Position numbers and translations under genes: made by a program. Below the pieces are notes generated by a model. That model saw only the letters and a program-made list of their open reading frames with translations. It ran no database searches and was not told the origin of the DNA. Shown in pieces: positions 53,723 through 62,805 of a stretch of 64,000 bases of DNA. The DNA is from Gemmatimonadota bacterium (GTDB taxonomy: Bacteria; Gemmatimonadota; Gemmatimonadetes; JACCXV01; JAHWKZ01). The stretch spans positions 129,010 through 193,009 of the forward strand of contig DATLFH010000018.1 of assembly GCA_035524965.1 (NCBI GenBank), written 5' to 3'. Position 1 is the first letter of the stretch, and each line of letters opens with the position of its first letter.

Positions 53723-54505
53723 ATGCAGACCCGGACGCCCGCCACCGGATCGCCCCGTCTCGCGGTCGGACCCGAGGCGACCACCGCCGGCCGAGGCGAC
53801 GGCCGCGGCCCCGCCGAGCTGCGCCCGGTACGTATCGAGCGCCGGGTTCTCGATTATGCCGAGGGGTCGTGCCTCATCACCCTCGGCCGGACCCGGGTTT
53901 TGTGCTCGGCCTCGGTCGAAACGACCGTTCCGCCATGGCTGCGCGGAAAGGGGCAGGGTTGGGTGACCGCCGAGTACAGCATGCTGCCCCGCGCGACCCA
54001 GACCCGGACGCCACGCGAGTCGACCCGCGGCCGTCCCAGCGGCCGGACGCAGGAGATCCAACGCCTCATCGGGCGCAGCCTGCGGAGCGTCGTGGACCTT
54101 CCCGCCCTCGGTGAGCGCACGATCTGGCTCGACTGCGACGTCCTCCAGGCCGATGGCGGCACGCGAACGGCGGCGGTCACCGGCGCGATGGTGGCGCTCT
54201 ACGACGCCCTCTCGCAGCCGGCCGAAGCCGCGCCACCGCTGACCGCTGCGATCCGCGAGCTCGTCGCCGCCACGTCCGTAGGGCTCGTCGGACGCTTTCC
54301 GGTGCTCGATCTCTGCTACGGCGAGGATGCGGCCGCCATGATCGATTTGAACCTGGTGATGACCGAGAGCGGCCGCCTGGTCGAGATCCAGGGCACCGCC
54401 GAGCGCGAGCCGTTCGGCCGCGACGTTCTCGATACTCTGATCGACCTGGGCGCGGCCGGGATTCGCGAGTTGATCCAGCGTCAGCGGCAGGCGCTCGACC
54501 TTTGA
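53723..54505 (+). CDS. rph: Ribonuclease PH
   Basis: [39 protein letters not shown] is the RNase PH signature. The start is at the ATG at 53723 or further upstream at 53684. Confidence 0.9.
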   Translation: MQTRTPATGSPRLAVGPEATTAGRGDGRGPAELRPVRIERRVLDYAEGSCLITLGRTRVLCSASVETTVPPWLRGKGQGWVTAEYSMLPRATQTRTPRESTRGRPSGRTQEIQRLIGRSLRSVVDLPALGERTIWLDCDVLQADGGTRTAAVTGAMVALYDALSQPAEAAPPLTAAIRELVAATSVGLVGRFPVLDLCYGEDAAAMIDLNLVMTESGRLVEIQGTAEREPFGRDVLDTLIDLGAAGIRELIQRQRQALDL

Positions 54506-55146
54506 TCCGGCTCGTCCTCGCGACGGGCAACCGGGACAAGCTCCGCGAGATCGAGCCGCTGCTTCGCCCCGCCGGCGTGCGGCTCGTCGCGGCCGGCGCA
54601 ATCGTTCCCGGCTGGACCGTCGCCGAAATCGCGGACTCGCTGGCTGAAAATGGTCGTCTCAAGGCGCGGGCCGCCGTGGCCGCCTGCGGGCTGCCGGCCG
54701 TCGCCGACGACACCGGGCTCTTCGTGGATGCGCTGAACGGCGCGCCCGGCGTCCGTTCCTCCCGCTACGCCGGCCCGGGCGCAACGTATCGTGACAACGT
54801 GGCCAGGTTGCTGGCAGCGCTGCGGGAGGTTCCCGCGGATCGCCGGGGGGCGCGATTCAGGACCGTCGTCGTGCTCGCGCGCCCCGACGGCGCGGAGCTC
54901 CTCTTCGAGGGCGCGCTCGCGGGCCGAATCGTCGAAGCCCCGCGCGGCGAAGCGGGATTCGGGTACGATCCCGTGTTCCTCCCGGACGGCTACGACCGGA
55001 CGCTGGCCCAGATGGCGCTCGGCGAGAAGAATCGGCTGAGCCACCGCGCGCGCGCCTTCGGAGCGGCCGCCGAATTCCTCGCCACCGAGCCCGGCTGGCT
55101 GGCCGGCGGCTCCCGGCGGAAGGAACGAACCGCGGGCACCGATTGA
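54502..55146 (+). CDS. rdgB: Non-canonical purine NTP pyrophosphatase (RdgB/HAM1)
   Basis: A TTG overlaps the rph stop. The Ham1 motifs are present ([20 protein letters not shown]). Confidence 0.85.
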   Translation: MIRLVLATGNRDKLREIEPLLRPAGVRLVAAGAIVPGWTVAEIADSLAENGRLKARAAVAACGLPAVADDTGLFVDALNGAPGVRSSRYAGPGATYRDNVARLLAALREVPADRRGARFRTVVVLARPDGAELLFEGALAGRIVEAPRGEAGFGYDPVFLPDGYDRTLAQMALGEKNRLSHRARAFGAAAEFLATEPGWLAGGSRRKERTAGTD

Positions 55147-55213
55147 CCCATCGACCGGACCCACCGATAATGGGATCCGGGCATCGAGGTAGGCTCTGGC
55201 AAAGGGAGGGGTC

Positions 55214-55651
55214 ATGGACGTACGGACGATCCTCGCGGGGAAGGTTTCGGCCGGCGTGATCGCGATCGAACCCGAGCGGACGATCCAGCAGGCGATCGAG
55301 CGCCTGGTCGAGCACAACATCGGCGCGCTCGTGGTCGTGGACGCGGCCGGGGAACCGGTCGGGATCATCACCGAGCGCGACATCCTGAGGGCCTGCACGC
55401 ACGGGGCGGACCGGCTGGAGTCGACCCGCGTCGAGGAGGTCATGAGCGCGGACCTGATCGTCGGTGAGCTGGACGATACGGTCGACTATGTCATGGGGAT
55501 CATGACGACCAACCGGATCCGCCACTTGCCGATCGTCGGCGAGCGCGGGCTGTCGGGGATGGTCTCGATCGGCGACGTCGTCAAGGTCCAGCTCCAGGAG
55601 GCCGATTACGAGAACCGGCATCTGAAGGAGTACATTCGGGGGAGCTACTGA
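55214..55651 (+). CDS. CBS-pair domain protein
   Basis: It has two CBS motifs (GALVVVDAAGEPVGIITERDIL, HLPIVGERGLSGMVSIGDVV). Confidence 0.75.
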   Translation: MDVRTILAGKVSAGVIAIEPERTIQQAIERLVEHNIGALVVVDAAGEPVGIITERDILRACTHGADRLESTRVEEVMSADLIVGELDDTVDYVMGIMTTNRIRHLPIVGERGLSGMVSIGDVVKVQLQEADYENRHLKEYIRGSY

Positions 55652-55690
55652 CCTACCGACCGGCAGGCCGCCGGTCATCTCTTCCACCGT

Positions 55691-55764
55691 CGGGGCGTAG
55701 CGCAGTCTGGTAGCGCATCAGCTTTGGGAGCTGGAGGTCGCCGGTTCGAATCCGGCCGCCCCGA
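55691..55764 (+). tRNA. tRNA-Pro (anticodon TGG), no encoded CCA
   Basis: Acceptor CGGGGCG/CGCCCCG, D-stem GCGC, anticodon loop TTTGGGA and T-loop TTCGAAT were folded by hand. Confidence 0.85.
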
Positions 55765-55810
55765 CACAACTTACGGCACTTTCGGAAATGTCCAGTGACA
55801 TAAATAGTGA

Positions 55811-56029
55811 CAAAGCCCTTCCGGTGTCTATTCCGAGCAAGAAGACGAGGAGCGCCGCCTGCGTGAAAATCGGTACACCGGTAGCCGTGAGCTGGATGAC
55901 AGGATGCTATTGGCTCGACTCCTCGGGAAAAAGAGGCACGAGATAGCGGGTGAATTTTCCGTGGCGATCCGCACCGTTGACCGCAACATAGCGAAGGCCA
56001 AGAAGCGGCTTCGTTTCGACGAGGGATAA
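55811..56029 (+). pseudogene. Fragment resembling sigma-70 region 4 HTH (truncated)
   Basis: An in-frame translation ...RELDDRMLLARLLGKKRHEIAGEFSVAIRTVDRNIAKAKKRLRFDEG* matches the ECF/sigma70_r4 pattern EIAe.lg.s.gTVksrl.rArkkLr. It has no N-terminal regions and lies inside the low-GC insert. Confidence 0.35.
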
Positions 56030-56113
56030 GCCCCCACCCGTATCCCCCCTGCGGGGGAGACAAATTCACACCCCCAAGAGCACGCGGTTGATGCGAGGGC
56101 GTGTCGGAACGGT

Positions 56114-56425
56114 ATGACGGCCCGCGACGACACCTTCGTCGCGACGCTGGTCCTTCTCGGGGTCGACAACTCGGCCGTCGTTTCTGAGAATCTTACCGTC
56201 GTGAATCCCGTCGTGCCGCCTTATGATGTCATCATCGGTCGCGATGTTCTGCGAACCTGTCTCTTTTTTTATGACGGTCCGCGCGGAGTCTGGGCGATCA
56301 AGCCTGTCAAGACAATTACGGCGAGTGACTATCTGAACGGACGCTTGCCTAGTGTCAAAACAGTGCCAGCAAGTGCGCAGAACCGGCAGGCGACCGTTGG
56401 CGCGTCAACCGCTTCCGTGGCCTAA
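56114..56425 (+). CDS. Retropepsin-like (clan AA aspartic protease-like) small protein with degenerate active site
   Basis: VATLVLLGVDNSAVVS occupies the position of hydrophobic-hydrophobic-D-T/S-G-A, but DTG is replaced by DNS. VIIGRDVLRTC matches the ILGrDfL flap/dimer motif. The ORF is low-GC. Confidence 0.4.
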   Translation: MTARDDTFVATLVLLGVDNSAVVSENLTVVNPVVPPYDVIIGRDVLRTCLFFYDGPRGVWAIKPVKTITASDYLNGRLPSVKTVPASAQNRQATVGASTASVA

Positions 56426-56699
56426 ATCCTGCACCCGCCAACGCTGGCGAGCGCCACCCTCTGCTTTGGGAGCTGGAGGTCGCCGGTTCGAATCCGGCCG
56501 CCCCGACCACCTGCGGCAGCGGTCCGAGGAAGGCGCCTTCCACCGGCGCGGAACTTGGACGACCTGAATTCGGAAGCTTCCTTCCCATTTCTTGACAAAG
56601 CTTCCTGTAACGTGTTCTCTTTGAGGGACGCAAGAGGGCTGGCCGGGTACGAGGGACCGTCAACCGGCGATATTTTGGGCATTCACGGGGATTGGTAAC

Positions 56700-57425
56700 A
56701 TGCGGAACATCCACACGCACTCGCTTTCGCTCCTGATCCTTCTTCTCCACGCATGCTCGGATGAAGGGGGGACCCCCCTCGACCTGAACCCGAACGACCC
56801 GATCCTCTCCGGGACGGAGGTCATCCTCGACTTCCAGGACTTCGGCGCCGGGGACACGATCACGGAGTCCCACGGCGTGACCGTGGATTTGACCCGTCGC
56901 GGCGACACCTGCGCCGACGCGGTGATCGCGTTCGACAGCGCCAATCCTCCCGGCGTCGGCGACGACGATCTGGATCTCGGCACGCCCAACGAGGTGTTCG
57001 GCGGCCCCGGGGTCGGGCGCGGCGGGGAGCGCGGTCCATTCCGGAACGACCGGCCGCTCGGGATCCTCATGATCATCCAGGAGGACCCGACGCTCCCGGA
57101 TGACAACCCGGATCCGGTCGATGATTGCGACAGCGGGGGGACCGTCGTCTTCGACTTCGGCGGCCTGAGCTCGACGGGTGTGACCGTGGGGGTGATCAGT
57201 GTCCTGGACGTCGACGATCAGATCGAGGCGGACGGGACGACGTTCCGCATGCTCGGCGCGGGCGGCGTCCTTCTGAGAGAGATTCACCCGCCGGTGACCG
57301 GCAATAACGGAGTGGCGTCCATCAATCTGGGCCCGACGACCGACGTCCTGCGCCTCGAGGTCGACCAGAACGAGTCGGTGGCCGTGAGCCGGGTAGTCTT
57401 CGCCGTCCCGGACTCGACGAGCTGA
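56700..57425 (+). CDS. Acidic secreted/lipoprotein, unknown function (Asp-rich, possible Ca-binding)
   Basis: It has the signal MRNIHTHSLSLLILLLHAC and multiple D-rich stretches (GDDDLDLG, DDCDSGG, DVDDQIEADG). Confidence 0.5.
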   Translation: MRNIHTHSLSLLILLLHACSDEGGTPLDLNPNDPILSGTEVILDFQDFGAGDTITESHGVTVDLTRRGDTCADAVIAFDSANPPGVGDDDLDLGTPNEVFGGPGVGRGGERGPFRNDRPLGILMIIQEDPTLPDDNPDPVDDCDSGGTVVFDFGGLSSTGVTVGVISVLDVDDQIEADGTTFRMLGAGGVLLREIHPPVTGNNGVASINLGPTTDVLRLEVDQNESVAVSRVVFAVPDSTS

Positions 57426-57475
57426 ACGGGTGCGTTCAGGGCCGGGTCGGCGCACAGTCGCGCCGACGGCGATTC

Positions 57476-57507
57476 GAGGGACCCCTTCCCGGGGTCCCTC
57501 GCTTTTT
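57476..57507. terminator. Bidirectional intrinsic terminator between convergent genes
   Basis: GAGGGACCCC-ttcc-CGGGGTCCCTC is followed by GCTTTTT. Confidence 0.65.
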
Positions 57508-57554
57508 GTGCCGCACTTACCGCGGGGTCCTCGAGACCCTTCGCTCTTGCTCCT

Positions 57555-60032
57555 TCATCCAACCAGCCGCTCTCGCAGGCGATCGAGTGCGGCGGCAAGG
57601 TCGGGTTTTTCGGTAAGGACCGGTCGCATGGGATCTTCCCGCATCCGGGCGAGCCGCCGCGGAACGCTCGCGATCGTGAAGCGCCGGACATCCAGGCCCG
57701 GCCGAACCTCGCGCCAACGAAGGGGCGTCGAGACCGGCGCCCCCGGGAGAGGCCGTACGCTGAACGGCGCGGCGATAAGCTGCCCGCGCAGGTTCTGCAA
57801 GAAATCGACGTACACCTTTCCCTCGCGGGCCGAGACGACGCGCTCGATCGTCGCGATGTCCGGCCGTTCGCGGACGACGACGCGCGCCAGCAGCTCGGCC
57901 AGCGCGCGCGACCCCTCGTAATCGACGCGGCCGTCCAGCGGAATCAGGACATGAAGGCCGGTCGAGCCGCTCGTCTTGACGAAGTTCGGAAGGCGTACTG
58001 CTTTACACAGTCGATGGATCATGCGTCCCACCTCAACCACATTCTCAAATGGGGCTCCCTTCGGATCGAGATCCAGGATGCACCAGTCGGGGGTCCCCAG
58101 CGAACCGACCCGGCTGTGCCATAAGTGGAGCGGGATCGTGCCGAGGTTTACCAGGTACAGAAGGGAGGGAAGATCGTCGCAGACGAAGTAATCGATCTCG
58201 CGCTCGGAGCTCTCGCTGTGGATCGTCTCGGTGCGGATCCAGTCGGGAACGAACTCAGGGGCGTTCTTCTGATAGAAAGACTTCCCCTCGATCCCGTCCG
58301 GAAAGCGGGTCAGAACCAGCGGCCGGCCGCGGAGGTAGGGCAGAAGCCGGCCGGCGATCCGGCGGTAATACTGGAACAGGTCCCCCTTCGTGTACCCCTC
58401 CCCGGGCCAGAAAATCTTTTCGGGATTGGTCGCGGACTCTGGATCCTCCCTGTGATCGGGCTCCCCGGCGTCAAGAGCCGGAAGAACCACGTCCGTTGAT
58501 TCCGGAGCGGTCTCGGGGAGCACGCAGTCGAGCGGCTGCTTGTCGTCGCGGATGCGCAGGAACACGGGCTGGCGCAGGAGCCCGTCCTCCGTCCACTCCC
58601 GGTAGCGGACCTCGCAGACGATCTGCGGCTCCACCCAGTGATGATCGGGTCCCGTAGGCAGGGCGCCCGAGCAAGGCGGTCCCGGGCGGGCGCGTCCGTC
58701 GAGCACCGCGCGGAGGTTTCTCAGGTCCGCCTCCCGAAGGCCGCTGCCGGCCCGGCCCGCGTAGACCAGCTCCCCGGATCGGTAGCCGGCCAGGTGGAGT
58801 GCCCCGAACCCCGCGCGTGACCCTTGGGGTCGCGTATAGCCGACGACCACGAATTCAGCGGTCCGATCCGCGCGTACCTTCAACCAGGCATCCGAACGTC
58901 CAGCCTGATAGTGGCTTGCGGCCGCTTTGCAGAGGATTCCCTCGAACCCCAGCGCTCGCGCTCGCTCGAAGAGCTCCTCGCCGCGCTCTTCGAAGTGCTC
59001 GACATAGCGGATCGGTCCCCGGGGAGGAAGTATGGAACGGAGCATTCGTTTGCGCTCGCCGAGGGGGAGCCCCCGTATGTCCCGCCCGCAGGCGGCCAGC
59101 AGGTCGAAGGCGTAGTAGGTCGCCGGCAAGCGGCGCGCGGCCAGCCGGATGTCGGCCGGGCGCTCGAGCCGCCCCCTCTTCTGCAGCGCCTGGAAGCTCG
59201 GTAGTCCCGCCTCGTCCTGAACGAGCACCTCGCCGTCCAGGATGAAGCGGTCGAACGGCAGGAGACCGAGCGCGGCGGCGAGCTCCGGAAACGTCCGGGT
59301 GGCATCTCCGCCGTTGCGCAGCAGGAGCTTCACTCCCGCGGGCGACCGCCCGGCCAGCATGCGGTAGCCGTCGAGCTTGGGCTCGAAGAGCCAGCCCGGC
59401 TTCGAGAACGGGCGCACGCGCGAGCGAGCGAGCATGAGTCGCACCTCCTCGGGTCGGACCGACCGGCGGGGGGCTCCGAGGGCGGCGAGCTGGGAAGCCA
59501 GCATCGCGGATGGGTCGTGCCCGCGGGCGAGCTGATCCACGGTCAGTCCCGACAGGATCGATTCGGGCGGCGGCTCGGCCACGTCGATGGGTGTTCCGCC
59601 GCGCCGCTCGCGGATGAGCAACCACTCGTTCGCCGTCTTCCGCAGGCGCACCAGCGTCCAGATCCCGCGGAGCTTGTAGCCGCGCAGCTCGAAGAGGAGC
59701 TTTCCCTTCGCCAACCCCGATTCGGGATCGGTCAGCGGCACCCAGTGGCCCCGGTCCCAGACGATCATCGCCCCGGCGCCGTAGCTGCCGTCCGGGATCA
59801 GCCCCTCGAAGTCGGCGTACTCCAACGGGTGGTCCTCGACCAGAACGGCCAGGCGCTTCTCGACAGGATCGAGCGCGGGACCCTTGGGCACCGCCCAGGA
59901 TCGCAGCACGCCGCCCCACTCCAGCCGCAGGTCGTAGTGGAGTCGCCGCGCGGCGTGAAGCTGGACGACGAAGATCCCCCCCGTGACGGCGCCGGTACGG
60001 TACTCAGCCAGGGGATCGCGTTCAGGCGTCAT
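57555..60032 (-). CDS. ligD: Multidomain ATP-dependent DNA ligase LigD (phosphoesterase-ligase-polymerase)
   Basis: It has an N-terminal PE domain (VVQLHAARRLHYDLRLE), a ligase core with KxDG (FEPKLDGYR), and a C-terminal LigD Pol/primase domain. Confidence 0.9.
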   Translation of the reverse strand: MTPERDPLAEYRTGAVTGGIFVVQLHAARRLHYDLRLEWGGVLRSWAVPKGPALDPVEKRLAVLVEDHPLEYADFEGLIPDGSYGAGAMIVWDRGHWVPLTDPESGLAKGKLLFELRGYKLRGIWTLVRLRKTANEWLLIRERRGGTPIDVAEPPPESILSGLTVDQLARGHDPSAMLASQLAALGAPRRSVRPEEVRLMLARSRVRPFSKPGWLFEPKLDGYRMLAGRSPAGVKLLLRNGGDATRTFPELAAALGLLPFDRFILDGEVLVQDEAGLPSFQALQKRGRLERPADIRLAARRLPATYYAFDLLAACGRDIRGLPLGERKRMLRSILPPRGPIRYVEHFEERGEELFERARALGFEGILCKAAASHYQAGRSDAWLKVRADRTAEFVVVGYTRPQGSRAGFGALHLAGYRSGELVYAGRAGSGLREADLRNLRAVLDGRARPGPPCSGALPTGPDHHWVEPQIVCEVRYREWTEDGLLRQPVFLRIRDDKQPLDCVLPETAPESTDVVLPALDAGEPDHREDPESATNPEKIFWPGEGYTKGDLFQYYRRIAGRLLPYLRGRPLVLTRFPDGIEGKSFYQKNAPEFVPDWIRTETIHSESSEREIDYFVCDDLPSLLYLVNLGTIPLHLWHSRVGSLGTPDWCILDLDPKGAPFENVVEVGRMIHRLCKAVRLPNFVKTSGSTGLHVLIPLDGRVDYEGSRALAELLARVVVRERPDIATIERVVSAREGKVYVDFLQNLRGQLIAAPFSVRPLPGAPVSTPLRWREVRPGLDVRRFTIASVPRRLARMREDPMRPVLTEKPDLAAALDRLRERLVG

Positions 60033-60127
60033 TTCCTCTTATATTGAAGTCGTCCGGCCCATCCGTCACCCGACAGGCTGCTGGGGCCTGCTGGTTTCTC
60101 CGTGTTCGTCTGAATCGAGGAGGCGCT

Positions 60128-61000
60128 ATGGCCGCCCGCGCGATGGGAACGGCGACGATCTCGTTCGGTCTGGTTTCCCTGCCCGTCAAGCTCTACTCCA
60201 CCTCGGAAAGCGCCCGCAACATCGCGTTCAACTGGATCCACGAGGCGTGCGGCTCGCGCGTTCAGCAGAAGTTCTGGTGTCCCAAGGACGAGACGCTGGT
60301 TGAGCGCGACGAGCTGGTGAAGGGCTACGAATTCGCCAAGGATCAGTACGTCCTGTTCACGCCCGAAGAGCTGAAGGCGCTGGACGCCCAGGCGACGGAC
60401 TCGATCGATATCGCCGAGTTCGTCCCGCTCGATAAAGTGGAGCGGATCTACCTCGACCGCGCGTACTATCTGGGTCCCGACAAGGGGGGCGATCGGGCGT
60501 ATCGGCTGCTGAGCGCCGCGCTTCGGGAGACCGGCCGCGCTGCGTTGGGCACATACTCGGCGCGCGGGAAGCAGTACCTGGTACTGGTGCGACCGATCGA
60601 CGAAGGGCTGCTGATGGAGCAGCTCCGTTACGCCGACGAGGTGCGGCCCTTCGCCGAAGTGCCGCTCGGGGACGGCAAGGTCAAGGACGAGGAGATGAAG
60701 CTCGCCGTGCAGCTCGTCGAGCAGTCCGTGACCGACGAATACAATCCGGAGCAGTACGAGGACGAGGTCTACAAGCGCGTGCTCGCCATGATCGAGCGCA
60801 AGATCGAGGGCGAGGAGATCACGGCCGCGCCGGCGGCCGAGGCCGACGGCAAGATCATCGACCTGATGGAGGCGCTCAAAGCCAGCCTCGCGGATCCTGG
60901 AAAGGAACGGGCCGGTTCGGTCCGGACCGAGCGCAAGCCGGCCAAGCGGGCGGCTTCCCGCAAGAAAGCCACGCGATCACGCAAGTCCGGGGGGAGCTGA
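60128..61000 (+). CDS. ku: NHEJ protein Ku
   Basis: GGAGG RBS is present. It has the Ku core (ISFGLVSLPVKLYSAT-like) and a Lys-rich C-terminal tail. Confidence 0.9.
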   Translation: MAARAMGTATISFGLVSLPVKLYSTSESARNIAFNWIHEACGSRVQQKFWCPKDETLVERDELVKGYEFAKDQYVLFTPEELKALDAQATDSIDIAEFVPLDKVERIYLDRAYYLGPDKGGDRAYRLLSAALRETGRAALGTYSARGKQYLVLVRPIDEGLLMEQLRYADEVRPFAEVPLGDGKVKDEEMKLAVQLVEQSVTDEYNPEQYEDEVYKRVLAMIERKIEGEEITAAPAAEADGKIIDLMEALKASLADPGKERAGSVRTERKPAKRAASRKKATRSRKSGGS

Positions 61001-61035
61001 CGGAGGACGAGGGAACCGATACCGGATCCGCAGGC

Positions 61036-61869
61036 ATGAGCGGCTACAGCACGCGCGACGTGGCCAGGATCCTCGATCTGGCGCCCGCGAAGGTGCGCCG
61101 CTATGCGCGATCCCGCTTCCTCGAACCGCGTCGTGGGCCCCGAAACCGTTACCTCTTCTCATTCCAGGACCTCGTGCTGCTGCGCACGGCGGTCGAGCTC
61201 GAGAGGGCCCGAATTCCCGCCCGGCGCGTCCACCGCGCGCTTCGCGATCTCAGGCAGCAACTACCGGTCAACAGGCCGCTGACCGCCATCCGGATCGCGG
61301 CCGAGGGTGACCGTGTCGTCGTGCACGACGGCGCCACGCTATGGAGTCCCGATTCGGGACAGGTCCATTTCGATTTCAGCGTGAGCGAGATCGCCGACCG
61401 GGTGGCCAGCCTGCCGGCGCGGCCCGCCCCGATTTCCACCAGCCAGGGGCGCGAGCCGACCGCGACCGAGTGGTTCGAGCTCGGCCTCGAGCACGAGCCG
61501 AGCTCCCCTCAACTCGCGCAGCAGCTATACGGCCGCGCGCTGGAGCTCGACCCCGATCACGCCGATGCGCTCGTGAACCTGGGCTGTCTCCTCCACGAAG
61601 CGGACCGGCTCGAGGAAGCACGGAGCCACTACACCAGAGCCCTGGAATCCAACCCCGCCCACGCCACCGCCGCCTTCAACCTGGGAGTCGCGCTCGAAGA
61701 CATGGGGCGCCCGGAGGCCGCGTACGACGCGTACTCACGCGCGGTGGCCGCCGACCCCGCGCTGGCGGACGCCCACTTCAACCTGTCACGACTCTGCGAG
61801 ACCACCGGCGATCGCGCCGCCGCTCTGCGGCACCTGCGCAGCTATCGGGAGATCACCCGGACCAGCTGA
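61036..61869 (+). CDS. MerR-like HTH + TPR-repeat regulator
   Basis: The N-terminus YSTRDVARILDLAPAKVRRYAR is a MerR-type HTH. The C-terminal half has TPR repeats (ALVNLGCLLHEADRLEEARSHYTRALE...). Confidence 0.6.
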   Translation: MSGYSTRDVARILDLAPAKVRRYARSRFLEPRRGPRNRYLFSFQDLVLLRTAVELERARIPARRVHRALRDLRQQLPVNRPLTAIRIAAEGDRVVVHDGATLWSPDSGQVHFDFSVSEIADRVASLPARPAPISTSQGREPTATEWFELGLEHEPSSPQLAQQLYGRALELDPDHADALVNLGCLLHEADRLEEARSHYTRALESNPAHATAAFNLGVALEDMGRPEAAYDAYSRAVAADPALADAHFNLSRLCETTGDRAAALRHLRSYREITRTS

Positions 61870-61875
61870 GGCCGG

Positions 61876-62649
61876 TTGCTGACCTATTCCGATTACCTGC
61901 GGCTCACAGATCTTCTTTCACTTCAGCGCCCCGAGAGCGAGGAGCACGACGAAATTCTCTTCATCGTGATCCATCAAGTGTACGAGCTGTGGTTTAAGGA
62001 GATCCTGCACGAGCTGGACCATCTCAAGAGACTGTTGTCCGGGCATGAGCCGGCCACGATCCTGCCCACACTCGATCGGGTGCTGACGATCCTCAAGATC
62101 GTCGTCGCCCAGACCGACGTGCTGGAGACGATGACGCCGCTCGACTTCCTCTCCTTCCGCGACCGACTCGAGACCGCAAGCGGTTCGCAGTCTTACCAGT
62201 TCCGCGAGATCGAGTTCGTGCTCGGCCTCAAGGATCCGGCCGCGGTGGAGACTTTTCCGCCCGGAAGCGAAGAGCGGCAGCGGCTCGAGCGCCGGCTGGC
62301 CGAGCCGACCGTCTGGGACGCCCTGCTCCGCCACCTGGTCCGGCGTGGGCACGCGTTGCCCGAGGAGGCGCTGGGTCGGGATCCGGCCTCGAACGTCGAG
62401 GCCGCGGACGAGGTGCAGGAGGCGTTGGTCCGGGTGTACCGCGAGGATCCGGCGGCGATGCACCTCTGCGAGCGGTTCGTCGATCTCGACGAAGGCCTTC
62501 AGGAGTGGCGCTACCGGCACGTCAAGATGGTCGAGCGGACGATCGGGTCGCGGCGGGGGACCGGCGGATCCAGCGGGGTCCGGTTCCTGATAAGCACGCT
62601 TTTCCGGCCCGTCTTTCCCGATCTGTGGGAGATCCGCTCCCGGCTCTAG
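61876..62649 (+). CDS. kynA: Tryptophan 2,3-dioxygenase
   Basis: YSDYLRLTDLLSLQ and HDEILFIVIHQVYELWFKEILHEL are conserved TDO motifs. Confidence 0.85.
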   Translation: MLTYSDYLRLTDLLSLQRPESEEHDEILFIVIHQVYELWFKEILHELDHLKRLLSGHEPATILPTLDRVLTILKIVVAQTDVLETMTPLDFLSFRDRLETASGSQSYQFREIEFVLGLKDPAAVETFPPGSEERQRLERRLAEPTVWDALLRHLVRRGHALPEEALGRDPASNVEAADEVQEALVRVYREDPAAMHLCERFVDLDEGLQEWRYRHVKMVERTIGSRRGTGGSSGVRFLISTLFRPVFPDLWEIRSRL

Positions 62650-62805
62650 CCTTTTTGCCGGCATCCCGCCAAGCCGTCTGGCATTTCACGCGTTCCGGCC
62701 CCCACGATGCAACTCGGAAGGCGGTGAACGTCTGCCGGCCCGAATGTTGCGGAGTTTTCTTCCATCTCTTTCGTTCTGCCGCCCGATCCCGTCGCCGGAC
62801 TATCG

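Larger units (their letters stand above)
55720..56507 (+). mobile_element. Degraded tRNA-Pro-associated integrative element remnant bounded by 45-nt direct repeats (attL/attR-like)
   Basis: The 3' 45 nt of tRNA-Pro (GCTTTGGGAGCTGGAGGTCGCCGGTTCGAATCCGGCCGCCCCGAC, 55720-55764) is repeated exactly at 56463-56507. The intervening roughly 700 bp has about 48-55% GC, against about 70% in the flanks. No integrase was found. Confidence 0.55.

Noticed and set aside
55653-56069. 138-aa minus-strand ORF
   Set aside because: It overlaps tRNA-Pro in antisense and the low-GC insert. It has no RBS and the product is low-complexity.
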